A stretch of DNA of 64,000 bases, from contig CALSNU010000003.1 in the NCBI GenBank assembly GCA_943787795.1, positions 352,001 to 416,000 on the forward strand. The letters run 5' to 3'. Under the pieces are notes generated by a model that saw only the letters and a list, made by a program, of their open reading frames with translations, made no database searches and had not been told where the DNA came from. A program made the translations under genes and the position numbers. Source of the DNA: an uncultured bacterium (GTDB lineage: Bacteria > Planctomycetota > UBA1135 > GCA-002686595). This document shows, in pieces, positions 28,919 to 38,838 of the stretch (position 1 is its first letter; each line of letters begins with the position of its first letter).

Positions 28919-30319
28919 TCAGCCGTTCTTGCGGCTGCGCTCTTCTTCCATCTGCTGACGGAGGGCCCGGTTGTACTGCCGGAGCTCCTCCTTCGTCTTG
29001 GGCTCGAAGTCGGGGTCATCCAGCAAGGGGTCGCCCGCCTCTTCGACGCCGTCGAAGCGCTTGTACTTGCGGTCATACCAGGCGAACCACTGCTTGAGCC
29101 CGGACTTGATGCGCTCCTGGGTTCCGCCCATGGCCTCGGAGACCACGAAGGTCGTCTCGTGGCCGGTGATGTCGCGGAGGGCCTCGTGCAGGAAGTTGAG
29201 GCGGATGCGATCGTTCTCGTCCTCGTCCGGCCGGGACGGCATCTCCTCGACGATCAGCGACATCTTGGTCAGCAGCCCGGGGACGATGGGCTTGCCCGCC
29301 GCGATCACCTGCTCCCGGATGGCGCGCGTCGTGCGGGGCGGCGCGTCGACATCCTCCACGAAGGTCGCGATCAACGCCGTGAGGCGCTGCTGCTCCTCGG
29401 CGGGCATCTCGACGTCGAAGGGGATGGTTCGGAGCTCGCTCTCGTAGACCACGGAGCCGTCCGACAGCGTCTTCTTCTCGGCCTTGCGCCGGCCACGCCT
29501 GCGCATGGCAGCGAGCTCCTCGGGGCTGATGTAGCGCTCGGCCCTGATCCAGCGCCAGCGGTCGTCCCCCCCCGACTCTCCGTCCAGGTTCTTCAGGATC
29601 CAGCGCGTCCAGCGGTCGTCGAGCTTGAGGCTCATGTCACTGGCCTGGACCCGGAGGTGGACGATGGCGACTCCGGCTTCCAGGGAGACCACGGAGCCGT
29701 CATAGGGCTTCCAGGCCGCCACCGGGCCCTCGGGCCCGGGGTCCATCACGGCGGCCACGTGGTCCTCGGCCCACTGGATCTGCGCGAGCTGGTCGAGGTC
29801 TGCCCAGGCGGTCGCGGCCGCCCCTGCCGCGCCTTCGGAGTCGGCCTCAGGATCAGGCTCAGGATCAGGCTCAGGATCAGCCTCAGTGGTCGGGGAAGGC
29901 TCCTCGCCATCCTCGGCGGCAGGCGTGTACTCGAACGCCGCTTGCTCGGCCAGGCGTGTCAACAGGCGCGCCTCGTTCCCCGTGGCCGCTGCTTGCTGGA
30001 GCTCGCGGGCGAGGCCCACGATCGGGCCGTCCCAGCTCATGGGGTCGACGTAAGCGGCGGTCTCCTTGACCTCTTCCTCCTCGACCGGAGCCACGTAGGG
30101 CGTCGATTCACTGGAGCTGTTCGCCCAGAGGACGAGCAGGAGCGTCGCGAGGACCGCGCCCCCGATGACGTACATCTTTGTGGGGTCCTGGGAGGCGCCC
30201 TTGGCGCCACGCTCCCGCGCCACGTAGACGTGCCCGCAGGACGGGCACTTGACCTTGGCGCCCTCCTTGCTGCTGGGAATCTTGGCCTGGGTGCCACAGG
30301 AGGTGCACTTGATGAGCAT
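28919..30319 (-). CDS. Hypothetical single-pass membrane protein with N-terminal zinc ribbon (MJ0042-type)
   Basis: MLIKCTSCGTQAKIP...KVKCPSCGHVY, TM helix, DPEP repeats (12-bp repeat near 29847-29885), helical C-terminal module. Confidence 0.78.
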   Translation of the reverse strand: MLIKCTSCGTQAKIPSSKEGAKVKCPSCGHVYVARERGAKGASQDPTKMYVIGGAVLATLLLVLWANSSSESTPYVAPVEEEEVKETAAYVDPMSWDGPIVGLARELQQAAATGNEARLLTRLAEQAAFEYTPAAEDGEEPSPTTEADPEPDPEPDPEADSEGAAGAAATAWADLDQLAQIQWAEDHVAAVMDPGPEGPVAAWKPYDGSVVSLEAGVAIVHLRVQASDMSLKLDDRWTRWILKNLDGESGGDDRWRWIRAERYISPEELAAMRRRGRRKAEKKTLSDGSVVYESELRTIPFDVEMPAEEQQRLTALIATFVEDVDAPPRTTRAIREQVIAAGKPIVPGLLTKMSLIVEEMPSRPDEDENDRIRLNFLHEALRDITGHETTFVVSEAMGGTQERIKSGLKQWFAWYDRKYKRFDGVEEAGDPLLDDPDFEPKTKEELRQYNRALRQQMEEERSRKNG

Positions 30320-30553
30320 GGACGCGTTGGTTGGAGGGGGGAGGGGGCGGTTGGGGCGGACCGGTTCGGCCTGAATTCGATCCCCTCCGAAGAGCCACCG
30401 GGGGCCTCGGCGGGCCCGCGCGGCAGCAAGGAAGCTACTGGCACGCGCGTTTCGTCGCAACCGGGGGCGGGGCGGCGCGCCCCGCAGGGCCCTCGGCGGG
30501 AATCACGGATCCTGTCGTCGCGCTGGGCGCGACCGTCGAACATCATGCCCGCG

Positions 30554-32578
30554 ATGCCGTCCCCGCTCTTCGATCTGAACTGTCCTTTCGAGCCCACCGG
30601 ACACCAGCCCCAGGCCATCGACGCCCTCGTCAAGGGCCTCGCCGAGGGGAAGGCACACCAGTGTCTCCTTGGCATCACAGGGAGCGGCAAGACCTTCACC
30701 GTGGCCTCCACGATCGCCCGCTCGGAGCGCCCGGCCATCGTCCTGTCGCCCAACAAGACCCTGGCCGCGCAGCTGTACTCCGAGTTCAAGGAGCTCTTCC
30801 CCAACAACGCCGTCGAGTACTTCGTCAGCTACTACGACTACTACCAGCCCGAGGCCTACGTGCCCTCGAGCGACACCTTCATCGAGAAGGACGCCAGCCG
30901 GAACGAGAACATCGAGCGGCTACGCAGCAGCGCGACGCGGTCCCTGCTGGACCGTCGGGACGTGATCCTCGTGGCCTCGGTCTCCTGCATCTACGGTCTC
31001 GGGAGCCCCTCGAACTACAGCCAGATGGCGGTGCCGCTGCGGGTCGGGGATGAGCTGGACCGCGACGATCTCCTCCGCCAGCTGACCCAGATGCAGTACG
31101 CGAGGAACAACCTCGACTTCCGTCGAGGCACCTTTCGGGTCAGAGGGGACGTGGTGGAGATCTTCCCGTCCTACGAGGAGGACGAGGTCATCCGGGTTGA
31201 GTTCTTCGGGGACGAGATCGAGGGCATCACCCGCGTCAATCCGCTGCTGGGCGAGATCTTGGGCGACGTGGAAGAGGTGGTGGTCTATCCGCAGAACCAC
31301 TACGTCGCGCCCAAGGACCGGCTCGCCTCAGCGATCCCGAAGATTGAATCGGAGCTCGAGACCCGCCTCTCCGATCTCAAGGGGACCAAGAAGCTGCTGG
31401 AGGCGCAGCGCCTCGAGCAGCGGACGCGGCATGACCTCGAGCTGCTGAGGACCGTGGGGGTCTGCAGCGGTATCGAGAACTACAGCCGCTTCATGGACGC
31501 GCGGGAGGAGGGCCAGCCCCCCTTCACGCTCCTGCACTACTTTCCGGATGACTTCGTCATCTACATCGACGAGAGCCATGTCTCGGTCCCGCAGGTTGGG
31601 GCCATGTTCAAGGGGGACCGCAGCCGCAAGGAGACCCTGGTGGAGCACGGCTTCCGCCTCCCCAGCGCCATGGACAACAGGCCCCTCAAGTGGGCCGAGT
31701 TCGAGAAGCTCGTGAAGCAGGTGGTCTATGTCTCCGCGACCCCTGGTCCCTACGAGCGCAAGGTGAGCGCCGGGGCCATCGCCGAGCAGATCGTGCGCCC
31801 GACGGGGCTCCTCGACCCCAAGATCGAGGTCCGGCCCGCGAAGACCCAGGTGGACGACCTCCTCTCGGAGGTGCGCAAGGCCGTGGCCGCAGGTCAGCGC
31901 GTGCTGATCACCACGCTGACCAAGCGGATGTCCGAGGAGCTCACCAATTACTACGCAGAGCTCGGTGTGAAGGTGCGCTACCTGCACTCCGAGATCGATG
32001 CGCTGGAGCGCTCCGCGATCCTCAGAGACCTGCGCATGGGGTCCTTTGACGTGCTGGTGGGGATCAACCTGCTGCGGGAGGGCCTGGACCTGCCGGAGGT
32101 CGCGCTGGTGGCGATCCTGGACGCGGATAAGGAGGGGTTCCTGCGGGGCCAGACCAGCCTCATCCAGACCTGCGGCCGCGCGGCGAGGAACGCTGAAGGG
32201 CGGGTGATCTTCTATGGCGATCGCGTGACGGAGTCGATGCGCCTCGCCATGGATGAGGTTGATCGTCGCCGGGAGGTGCAGCTCTCCTGGAACTCGGAGC
32301 ACGGGCTGGAGCCGAGGACGATCTTCAAGCCGATCCGTGAGGGGATCGAGGCCCTGTACGAGATGGACTACCCGTCGGTCCCCGAGCTCCCGGAGAGCGG
32401 CGGCGTGCAGGACGGCGATGAGGACCACCCTCGGAGCTGGCCGGTTCAGCGGCTTCGTGGCGAGATCGAGCGGACTCGAGCGGACATGCTGCTCGCCGCC
32501 GGGGAGCTCCGTTTCGAGGAGGCGACGTCCCTGCGGGATCGCCTGAAGGAGCTCGAGGAGGTCGAGCTCTCGCGTTGA
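30554..32578 (+). CDS. uvrB: Excinuclease ABC subunit B
   Basis: GITGSGKT, YYDYYQPEAY beta-hairpin, DESH, GINLLREGLDLPEV, GRAARN, C-terminal UVR domain; start at 30545 or 30554. Confidence 0.97.
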   Translation: MPSPLFDLNCPFEPTGHQPQAIDALVKGLAEGKAHQCLLGITGSGKTFTVASTIARSERPAIVLSPNKTLAAQLYSEFKELFPNNAVEYFVSYYDYYQPEAYVPSSDTFIEKDASRNENIERLRSSATRSLLDRRDVILVASVSCIYGLGSPSNYSQMAVPLRVGDELDRDDLLRQLTQMQYARNNLDFRRGTFRVRGDVVEIFPSYEEDEVIRVEFFGDEIEGITRVNPLLGEILGDVEEVVVYPQNHYVAPKDRLASAIPKIESELETRLSDLKGTKKLLEAQRLEQRTRHDLELLRTVGVCSGIENYSRFMDAREEGQPPFTLLHYFPDDFVIYIDESHVSVPQVGAMFKGDRSRKETLVEHGFRLPSAMDNRPLKWAEFEKLVKQVVYVSATPGPYERKVSAGAIAEQIVRPTGLLDPKIEVRPAKTQVDDLLSEVRKAVAAGQRVLITTLTKRMSEELTNYYAELGVKVRYLHSEIDALERSAILRDLRMGSFDVLVGINLLREGLDLPEVALVAILDADKEGFLRGQTSLIQTCGRAARNAEGRVIFYGDRVTESMRLAMDEVDRRREVQLSWNSEHGLEPRTIFKPIREGIEALYEMDYPSVPELPESGGVQDGDEDHPRSWPVQRLRGEIERTRADMLLAAGELRFEEATSLRDRLKELEEVELSR

Positions 32579-32665
32579 GGCGGGCCCGCCTCGGAGCGAG
32601 GCATCGGCGCCTCGGTTCGGCGTACACGCCCAGCGCGACCCCCGGGCTTACTGCATCATGATTCC

Positions 32666-33001
32666 GTGACCAGCGACTTCTACTGTGACGAGGTGCTCTC
32701 GGGAAAGACCCCGGTGGACGTGGTGCGAGAGACGGAGACCGTCCTCGCCTACCACCACACCCGGCCGTTCTGGCCCGTTCACATCGTGGTGATCCCCAAG
32801 CGCCATGTGCCCTCGCTAACGGATCTCGGAGACGCCCCCGAGGGCCTGCTTGAAGAGCTCCTGGGCGTGGTCCAGAGCGTCGCGCGAGAGGTCGAGGTGG
32901 AGCATGGCGCGGCGCGCGTGCTGACCAACCTCGGCGCCTATCAGGACTCCAAGCACCTCCACTTCCACGTCAACCATGGCGAGGCGGGAGGAGCCTCATG
33001 A
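32666..33001 (+). CDS. HIT family protein
   Basis: HIVVIPKRH and histidine triad HLHFHV. Confidence 0.9.
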   Translation: MTSDFYCDEVLSGKTPVDVVRETETVLAYHHTRPFWPVHIVVIPKRHVPSLTDLGDAPEGLLEELLGVVQSVAREVEVEHGAARVLTNLGAYQDSKHLHFHVNHGEAGGAS

Positions 33002-34077
33002 GCACCGCCCCCGATCTGGCCGGTAGCGAGCTGGAGGCGGCCGTGAGGCTCTTCGAGCTGGAGGGCGACCTGGTGGAGATTGTGGGGCTCCACCGGGGTC
33101 ATATTCACGACACGCTGGTCTCGACCTGGCAGGTAGGCGGCGAGTCGGACGGACACCGCCGGTTCGTTCATCAGCGGCTGAATGACAGGGTCTTCAGGGA
33201 CATTCCCGCGCTCATGCACAACGTGGGCGTGGTGACCCGGCACCTCGCGCGGGCAGGGGGCGCCGATGGATTGACCGCGCTGGCCCTCGTGGGGGCGCGG
33301 GACGGCGCGGACTATGCCTTCGCGCGGGACACGCCCTGGAGGACCTACCACTTCGTGGAGGGCACCGAGTCCTACGACCACCCAAAGGACGCTGACATGG
33401 CGCGGTCAGCCGCCCTCGCCTTCGGGGACTTTCAGATCAAGCTGAGCACCCTGCCCGCGTCGGAGCTTCGGCAGACCATCCCCAACTTCTTCAACTCCGA
33501 GGCGCGCCTCGCCCAGCTGGACGACGCCTGCCGCAGGAACCCCCTGGAGCGCGTCGCCGAGGTCCAGGAGGAGCTCGCCTTCATCGACGCGCGCCGCAAG
33601 CAGCTCTCGGTCTTCGAGAACGCCCTGCGGACGGGCCGCATGCCGCGGCGTGTGATCCACGGGGATACCAAGCTGAACAACGTCCTGTTCGACAGCGAGA
33701 CCGGGAAGCCGCGCTGCATCGTCGACCTGGACACGTGCATGCCGGGCTACTCCCTGTTTGACTTCGGGGACCTCGTGCGCTTCACGGCAGCGACCTCGGA
33801 TGAGGATGAACGGGATCTGGACCTCGTGGACGTGGACATGGACCTCTTCAAGGCCCTGCGGGATGGGTACATGGAGAAGGCCAGCGGCTTCCTGAACGCC
33901 TTCGAGGTCGACCACATGGCGTTCGCGGCCCGGATCGTGACCCTGACGATCGGGATGCGGTTCCTGGCCGATCACGTCATGGGGGATCACTACTTCAAGA
34001 TCGAGCGCGAGGGTCACAACCTCGACCGAGCACGGGTCCAGTTGCGCATGGTGGAGACCATGGAGCGGCGCCTCTGA
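32998..34077 (+). CDS. Aminoglycoside-phosphotransferase-fold kinase (N-acetylhexosamine 1-kinase-like)
   Basis: GHIHDT, HGDTKLNNVLFD, VDLDT.MPG...DFGD, RFLADH..GD.YFKI....HNL.RA..Q; start overlaps the HIT stop. Confidence 0.85.
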   Translation: MSTAPDLAGSELEAAVRLFELEGDLVEIVGLHRGHIHDTLVSTWQVGGESDGHRRFVHQRLNDRVFRDIPALMHNVGVVTRHLARAGGADGLTALALVGARDGADYAFARDTPWRTYHFVEGTESYDHPKDADMARSAALAFGDFQIKLSTLPASELRQTIPNFFNSEARLAQLDDACRRNPLERVAEVQEELAFIDARRKQLSVFENALRTGRMPRRVIHGDTKLNNVLFDSETGKPRCIVDLDTCMPGYSLFDFGDLVRFTAATSDEDERDLDLVDVDMDLFKALRDGYMEKASGFLNAFEVDHMAFAARIVTLTIGMRFLADHVMGDHYFKIEREGHNLDRARVQLRMVETMERRL

Positions 34078-34146
34078 CTCGACGGCCTGGCCGCCCGTGG
34101 CTCGACGGACCCTGCGGGGAAGCCCGCGCGCCCGACCCGCATGTGG

Positions 34147-34198
34147 CCCAGCGGATAGACCCAGCGGATAGACCCAGCGGATGGGCTCAGCCGGTTGA
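34147..34198. repeat. 13-bp tandem repeat CCCAGCGGATAGA (about 2.8 copies plus a degenerate unit)
   Basis: Read directly in the intergenic region before uvrC. Confidence 0.8.
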
Positions 34199-34492
34199 TT
34201 CCGCGGGGGGGCTCTCTGCGGGGGGACTCTGCAGGGAGCCTTTGCTGGTTGACTCCTCTCGGGACGCCGGCGCCGCGACCCCCCCCGAGTGGTGCCTTCC
34301 TCGGGCCCGTTCGCCGGGTCCCGCCACCGGCTCCCCGGTGGCCTGCGCTACGGGCTCGGCGCCTCGAGCCCGTGGGGGCATTCGGGAGCGAGGACCTCGG
34401 CGAGGCTGAGGGAGGTCGTGGAGCCGACCCAATAACGCTCGTGCCCGCACGCGCGCGTTGCGTAGGGGGCCACGGGGGCCTATACCCCTGGG

Positions 34493-36331
34493 GTGAAGAG
34501 TGGCGGCTCGAACGACCCCGGCTGGTGGCCGGCGGATATCCCGAGGAGACCGGGGGTCTATATCTTCCGTTCGGTGGAGGGCAGCGTCCTCTACGTGGGC
34601 AAGGCGGGGAACCTGCGCAATCGGCTCACGGCCTACCGCCGCCCCGAGAACGACGGGCGGATCCTCATCCGGTTCCTCGGGGATGAGGCCGACTCGGTCG
34701 AGACGATCGTCACCCGGACGGAGCAGGAGGCGCTGCTGCTGGAGGACACCCTCATCAAGCAGTACAAGCCGCCCCACAACATCCGGCTCAAGGACGACAA
34801 GTCCTTTCGGATGCTGAGGATCGACATGAGCGACCGGTTCCCGCGGTTGAAGCACGTCAGGGCGCACTCTCCAGAGATGGGGCGCGAGGGCGGGCGCTCG
34901 CGCTACTTCGGGCCGTTTGCCAGCGCCGGAGCGCTGCGCCGGACGCTCGCGGACCTCCACCGGATTGTGCCCCTCAGGGACTGCCCGGACTCGGTCATGG
35001 ATAACCGTTCGCGGCCCTGCCTCAAGCACCAGATCGGGCTCTGCTGCGCGCCCTGCGTCGGGGCTGTCGAGCCCGCCGCCTACACCGACCTCGTGGAGCG
35101 GGCCTCCCGGATTCTCTCGGGCGATGGGACGGAGCTCGAGACGGACCTGCGCCAGCGAATGACGGCCGCCTCCGAGGCGCTCGAGTTCGAGCGCGCGGCG
35201 GTTTGGCGCGATCGCCTCGAGGCTCTGCGGCGCACGGTGGAGGGGCAGGGGGTCCGTCCCAAAGACTCGGTGGACCGAGACGTCCTCGGCCTCGCCCGTC
35301 GAGGGGGCCGCGCCTCGATCCATCGGATCGCCTGGCGGGATCGGCGGATGGCCGAGTCAAGAACGCACCACTTCCGCTCGGAGCTGCCCGATGAGGAGCT
35401 CCTTCACAGCGTCCTGAGCGCGATCTACGCGCCGGGCCGGCGGGCCGCGCCGACGGAGATCCTCCTGCCGTTCGCCCCGTCCGAGCAGGGGCTGCTCGAG
35501 GAGCTGCTGGGGGCGCGCTTGCTGGTGCCCTCCAGCGGTGATCGCAAGCGCATGCTCGACTTCGCCTTCGAGAACGCAGCCCAGGGCCTGACGCGGCAGT
35601 CGGATGAGGAGGATCGGGACGCCGACGCCCTGGCGCGCCTCATCGAGCTCCTGGACCTCGATCCAGGGACCGAGGTGATTGACTGCTTCGATATCTCGAC
35701 CACGCAGGGGAGCCACGTGGTCGCGAGCCGGGTGCGCTTCAAGCGCGGCCACTCCGATCGATCGGGCTACCGGCGGTACAAGATCCGCGAGGTGGACGGT
35801 CAGGATGACTTTGCGTCGATGCACGAGGTCGTGCGCCGGAGCCTCGAGCGGGGTCAGCGTGAGGGAGATCTCCCCGACCTCGTGGTCATCGATGGCGGGC
35901 CTCCGCAGCTGGAGCGGGCCATGCTCGCGCGGCAGGAGTCGGGCGCCTTCGGTGTCGCGCTGATCGGCCTGGCGAAGGCGCGTGGGGAGCGCAAGGTCCG
36001 CGGCAAGCGCAAGGGGCCCGTGGAGGAGCGGGTCTGGATCCCCGGGGCGAGCGAGGCCGTGGTCCTCGGCGCCCATAGCGAGGTCCGGCACTTGCTCGAG
36101 CGGATCAGGGACGAGGCGCACCGCTTCGCGATCACCTACCACCGCAAGGAGCGCGGGAAGATCACGAGCCGGCTGGACGGCATCGCCGGGGTGGGCCCCG
36201 CGCGCCGTCGAGCGCTCCTCACCACCTTCGGGTCGGTGGCGGGAGTGACCGAGGCCAGCGTGGAGCAGCTGGCCGCGGTGGATGGGATCTCACCCGAGCT
36301 CGCGAGAGTGATTTCTGACGCCTTACATTGA
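34493..36331 (+). CDS. uvrC: Excinuclease ABC subunit C
   Basis: PGVYIF...LYVGKAGNLR (GIY-YIG), Cys-rich region, FERAA.WRD, DCFDIS, PDLVVIDGG, RDEAHRFAI, HhH tail. Confidence 0.96.
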   Translation: MKSGGSNDPGWWPADIPRRPGVYIFRSVEGSVLYVGKAGNLRNRLTAYRRPENDGRILIRFLGDEADSVETIVTRTEQEALLLEDTLIKQYKPPHNIRLKDDKSFRMLRIDMSDRFPRLKHVRAHSPEMGREGGRSRYFGPFASAGALRRTLADLHRIVPLRDCPDSVMDNRSRPCLKHQIGLCCAPCVGAVEPAAYTDLVERASRILSGDGTELETDLRQRMTAASEALEFERAAVWRDRLEALRRTVEGQGVRPKDSVDRDVLGLARRGGRASIHRIAWRDRRMAESRTHHFRSELPDEELLHSVLSAIYAPGRRAAPTEILLPFAPSEQGLLEELLGARLLVPSSGDRKRMLDFAFENAAQGLTRQSDEEDRDADALARLIELLDLDPGTEVIDCFDISTTQGSHVVASRVRFKRGHSDRSGYRRYKIREVDGQDDFASMHEVVRRSLERGQREGDLPDLVVIDGGPPQLERAMLARQESGAFGVALIGLAKARGERKVRGKRKGPVEERVWIPGASEAVVLGAHSEVRHLLERIRDEAHRFAITYHRKERGKITSRLDGIAGVGPARRRALLTTFGSVAGVTEASVEQLAAVDGISPELARVISDALH

Positions 36332-36392
36332 CCTCCAGCGGCCGGGGTGCCGAGAGGCCTCCTTGGGCCCGACTCGCCCGCCTTGATCCAAC

Positions 36393-37757
36393 ATGCAATC
36401 CACGCTCACACTCTCCGCGCTGGCGGCGCTCCTGGCTCTCCCGGCTGTTCAGGAGCCCCGTCCAGTCCTCGACGGTGAGCGCAAGCACACGCTCACCGAG
36501 GGGGCCCTGCGTGCCAGCGCCCTCTGGCGATCGGAGCGGGGCCTGGAGCGCAGCGCGCGGCAGGTGCTGGAGATCTTCACCGCGGTGGACGCTGCGGGAG
36601 CTCCCCGGGCGGCGGAGCTGACAGGGCCGGAAGGGCCCGCGGTGGAGCTGCTCCTCGCTGAGTCTGCCGCTCAGCTCGGAAAGCTGGGCGGCCGACGTGG
36701 CGAGCGGGTGCAGTGGGATCCGGACTTCCGAGGGACGGGGACGCCCGCCGTCGCGGTGGTCCCGCGAATGAACGACCGGGTCCTCTTCGGGACCGGGCTC
36801 CCGCCGGCGACCCGGCGACTCGCGGCGCTCGCTGCCGCCCGAAGGCTCGCCCCCGAAGCCCCTGCGGGGACCCCGGGGTGGCTGACGTCGGGCGGCTGCT
36901 CCCTCCGTGCCCAGCGCGGCTTGGAGGCGATCGGCCACGCCCGCGCCATGTCCGTTGAACCGTGGACCTCCTCCGGTCTCGTGGAGCTCCGATCCGCCCT
37001 GGCCCTGGTGGGGCCTGCTCAGGGCCGTGACCCCGGTGGAGTCCCCGCTGGCGCTAGCGAGCGGGGGGCCGAGCTGCTTCGGCTCGCCGCCGCCGCGCCG
37101 CCGAGCCGCGACCTGTTTCTGGCGGACCGCCCAGCCCGGGATAGCGCCGGCGGTGCGGCCCGCATGCTCCTCGCGCTCGAGCGGGAAGGAGACCGCGCTG
37201 GGGACCTCACGCATGACGAGCTCGCGGTACGTGCGGCGAACCGACTCCAGGGGCTGCGTCCGCGCTGGGTGGTCGAAGGCGGCGCCGTGGCCGGGCACCC
37301 GGGAGGCTGGATGGCGACGGCGACGCGAGCCTCGGACGCCCTCGTCCTCGAGGCCTCACCGCCGCTCGCTGGTCCGTTCCGGCTCGACGCCACCGTGGTC
37401 ATCTTCGCCAACGACCCCAAGAACGCGGGCCAGGCAGACCTGGTCGTCGGGGATCAGGACGGAGACCGCATCCTCCTGGCCATCAACACCAGGGAGGGGA
37501 TCTACCTCTTCCGGCGACCGGGCGTTGGCGAGCCGTACGAGATCCTCGCGGAGATGGGCCGAGTGGAGGTCCCGCCCTTCAAGGAGATCAAGGTCCAGAT
37601 CGACTACGACGGCGAGGTGATCCAGGTCCAGGTGGCGGACGTCAAGCTCGCGCCGGTCCGCCTCGCGGAGCGCACGCTCGACGGGGCGGCCGGCTTCGGG
37701 GCGCACGCCGGGAGTTCGGTCTTCTTCAAGCGCTTCAAGCGAGGGCCGCGCCGCTAG
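36393..37757 (+). CDS. Hypothetical exported protein with a beta-rich (lectin/DUF1080-like?) C-terminal domain
   Basis: Signal peptide MQSTLTLSALAALLALPA; C-terminal beta-strand pattern ending GAAGFGAHAGSSVFFKRFK. Confidence 0.6.
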   Translation: MQSTLTLSALAALLALPAVQEPRPVLDGERKHTLTEGALRASALWRSERGLERSARQVLEIFTAVDAAGAPRAAELTGPEGPAVELLLAESAAQLGKLGGRRGERVQWDPDFRGTGTPAVAVVPRMNDRVLFGTGLPPATRRLAALAAARRLAPEAPAGTPGWLTSGGCSLRAQRGLEAIGHARAMSVEPWTSSGLVELRSALALVGPAQGRDPGGVPAGASERGAELLRLAAAAPPSRDLFLADRPARDSAGGAARMLLALEREGDRAGDLTHDELAVRAANRLQGLRPRWVVEGGAVAGHPGGWMATATRASDALVLEASPPLAGPFRLDATVVIFANDPKNAGQADLVVGDQDGDRILLAINTREGIYLFRRPGVGEPYEILAEMGRVEVPPFKEIKVQIDYDGEVIQVQVADVKLAPVRLAERTLDGAAGFGAHAGSSVFFKRFKRGPRR

Positions 37758-37759
37758 GC

Positions 37760-38737
37760 TCAGCCGCGCGGGTGGTGCATCTGGTGCACCGTCCGCACAT
37801 GTCCCTCGTCGAGGTGGGTGTAGAGCTCGGTGGTGCGAATGGAGGCGTGCCCGAGCATCTCCTGGACCGCTCTGAGGTCGGCGCCCCCGGCGAGCATGTG
37901 GGTCGCGAAGGAGTGCCGCAGGTCGTGGGGAGATGTGCTCGGTGGCAGCCCTGCCGATGCGACCGCCTCCTTGACGCGTCGCCAGGCGCTGGAGCGATCC
38001 AATGGGCGGCCGCTCCGCGAGAGGAACACCGCCTTGGCCCGCCCTCGGCTGGCTAGCCGAGGGCGCCCCTCGCGCATCCAGCGATCGAGGGCCTCCCGAG
38101 CGGTGCGGCCCAGCGGCACGACCCGCATCTTGTCGCCCTTGCCGTGGAGCCGAAGGGGGGAGAGGTCCGGCGGGAGGTCGTCCGTCGTGAGCCCGATGGC
38201 CTCCGAGATGCGGGCGCCGCCGGCGTAGAGGACCTCGAGCAGGGCGCGGTCGCGCAGCGTGCGCCAGGTCTCGTCCGCCGCGGGGACCGCGTAGACGGAG
38301 AGGAGGGCGTCCACATCCTCAGGCGTGAGGGTGGTCGGGAGGAGCCGACGCAGCCTCGGGGAGCTGATGCGTGCGGTGGGGTCGCGCTTGAGGGTGCCCT
38401 CCGCGATCTGGAAGCGGACCAGCATGCGCAGGGCCACGAGGCCGCGCGCGACGGACGACTCTGCGGCGCCCGCGCCGCGCCGATCGCCGAGCCAGCGGAC
38501 GATCCCGTCCTCTTCCAGCGCAGCCCACTCGGTGACGCCAGCGCCGCCCAGCCAGGCACCGAGCGAGCGGAGGTCCGAGCGGTATGCCGCGACGGTGTTC
38601 CTGGACAGGCCCGCCTCCACGCGCATGGCGTCCAGGAAGTCCACGATGTCGGCCTCCAGCTGAGGGGGGACAGCCCCGGGCCCGCCGCCTGAGCCGCTGG
38701 CCCCGGCGTGGGCTCCGGCGTTGAGACGCTGCGTCAT
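37760..38737 (-). CDS. xerD: Site-specific tyrosine recombinase XerD
   Basis: GLSRNTVAAYRSDL, RDRALLEVLYAGGARISE, GKGDK.R.VP, SPHDLRHSFATH.L.GGADLR.VQEMLGH...TTELYTH, ends HHPRG. Confidence 0.9.
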   Translation of the reverse strand: MTQRLNAGAHAGASGSGGGPGAVPPQLEADIVDFLDAMRVEAGLSRNTVAAYRSDLRSLGAWLGGAGVTEWAALEEDGIVRWLGDRRGAGAAESSVARGLVALRMLVRFQIAEGTLKRDPTARISSPRLRRLLPTTLTPEDVDALLSVYAVPAADETWRTLRDRALLEVLYAGGARISEAIGLTTDDLPPDLSPLRLHGKGDKMRVVPLGRTAREALDRWMREGRPRLASRGRAKAVFLSRSGRPLDRSSAWRRVKEAVASAGLPPSTSPHDLRHSFATHMLAGGADLRAVQEMLGHASIRTTELYTHLDEGHVRTVHQMHHPRG

Positions 38738-38838
38738 GGGGCCAGCGTGGGGGGAGGGAGGGAAGAGTTCAAGGCGAACCGGGAGCCGCCGCCGGGATCG
38801 GGGTAGGCTCTTCGCCGAGGTCCCCCAGCGAGCCACCG

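Noticed and set aside
28880..30544. 1232-aa 'extended UvrB' and the many long antisense ORFs (e.g. 42222-44135, 61536-63536)
   Set aside because: These are shadow ORFs caused by high GC and codon bias of real genes on the opposite strand; they have no protein-like motifs.
37760..38737. Tyrosine recombinase as the integrase of a mobile element
   Set aside because: Size and motifs fit housekeeping XerD; the flanking genes are core genes and no att-like repeat was seen.
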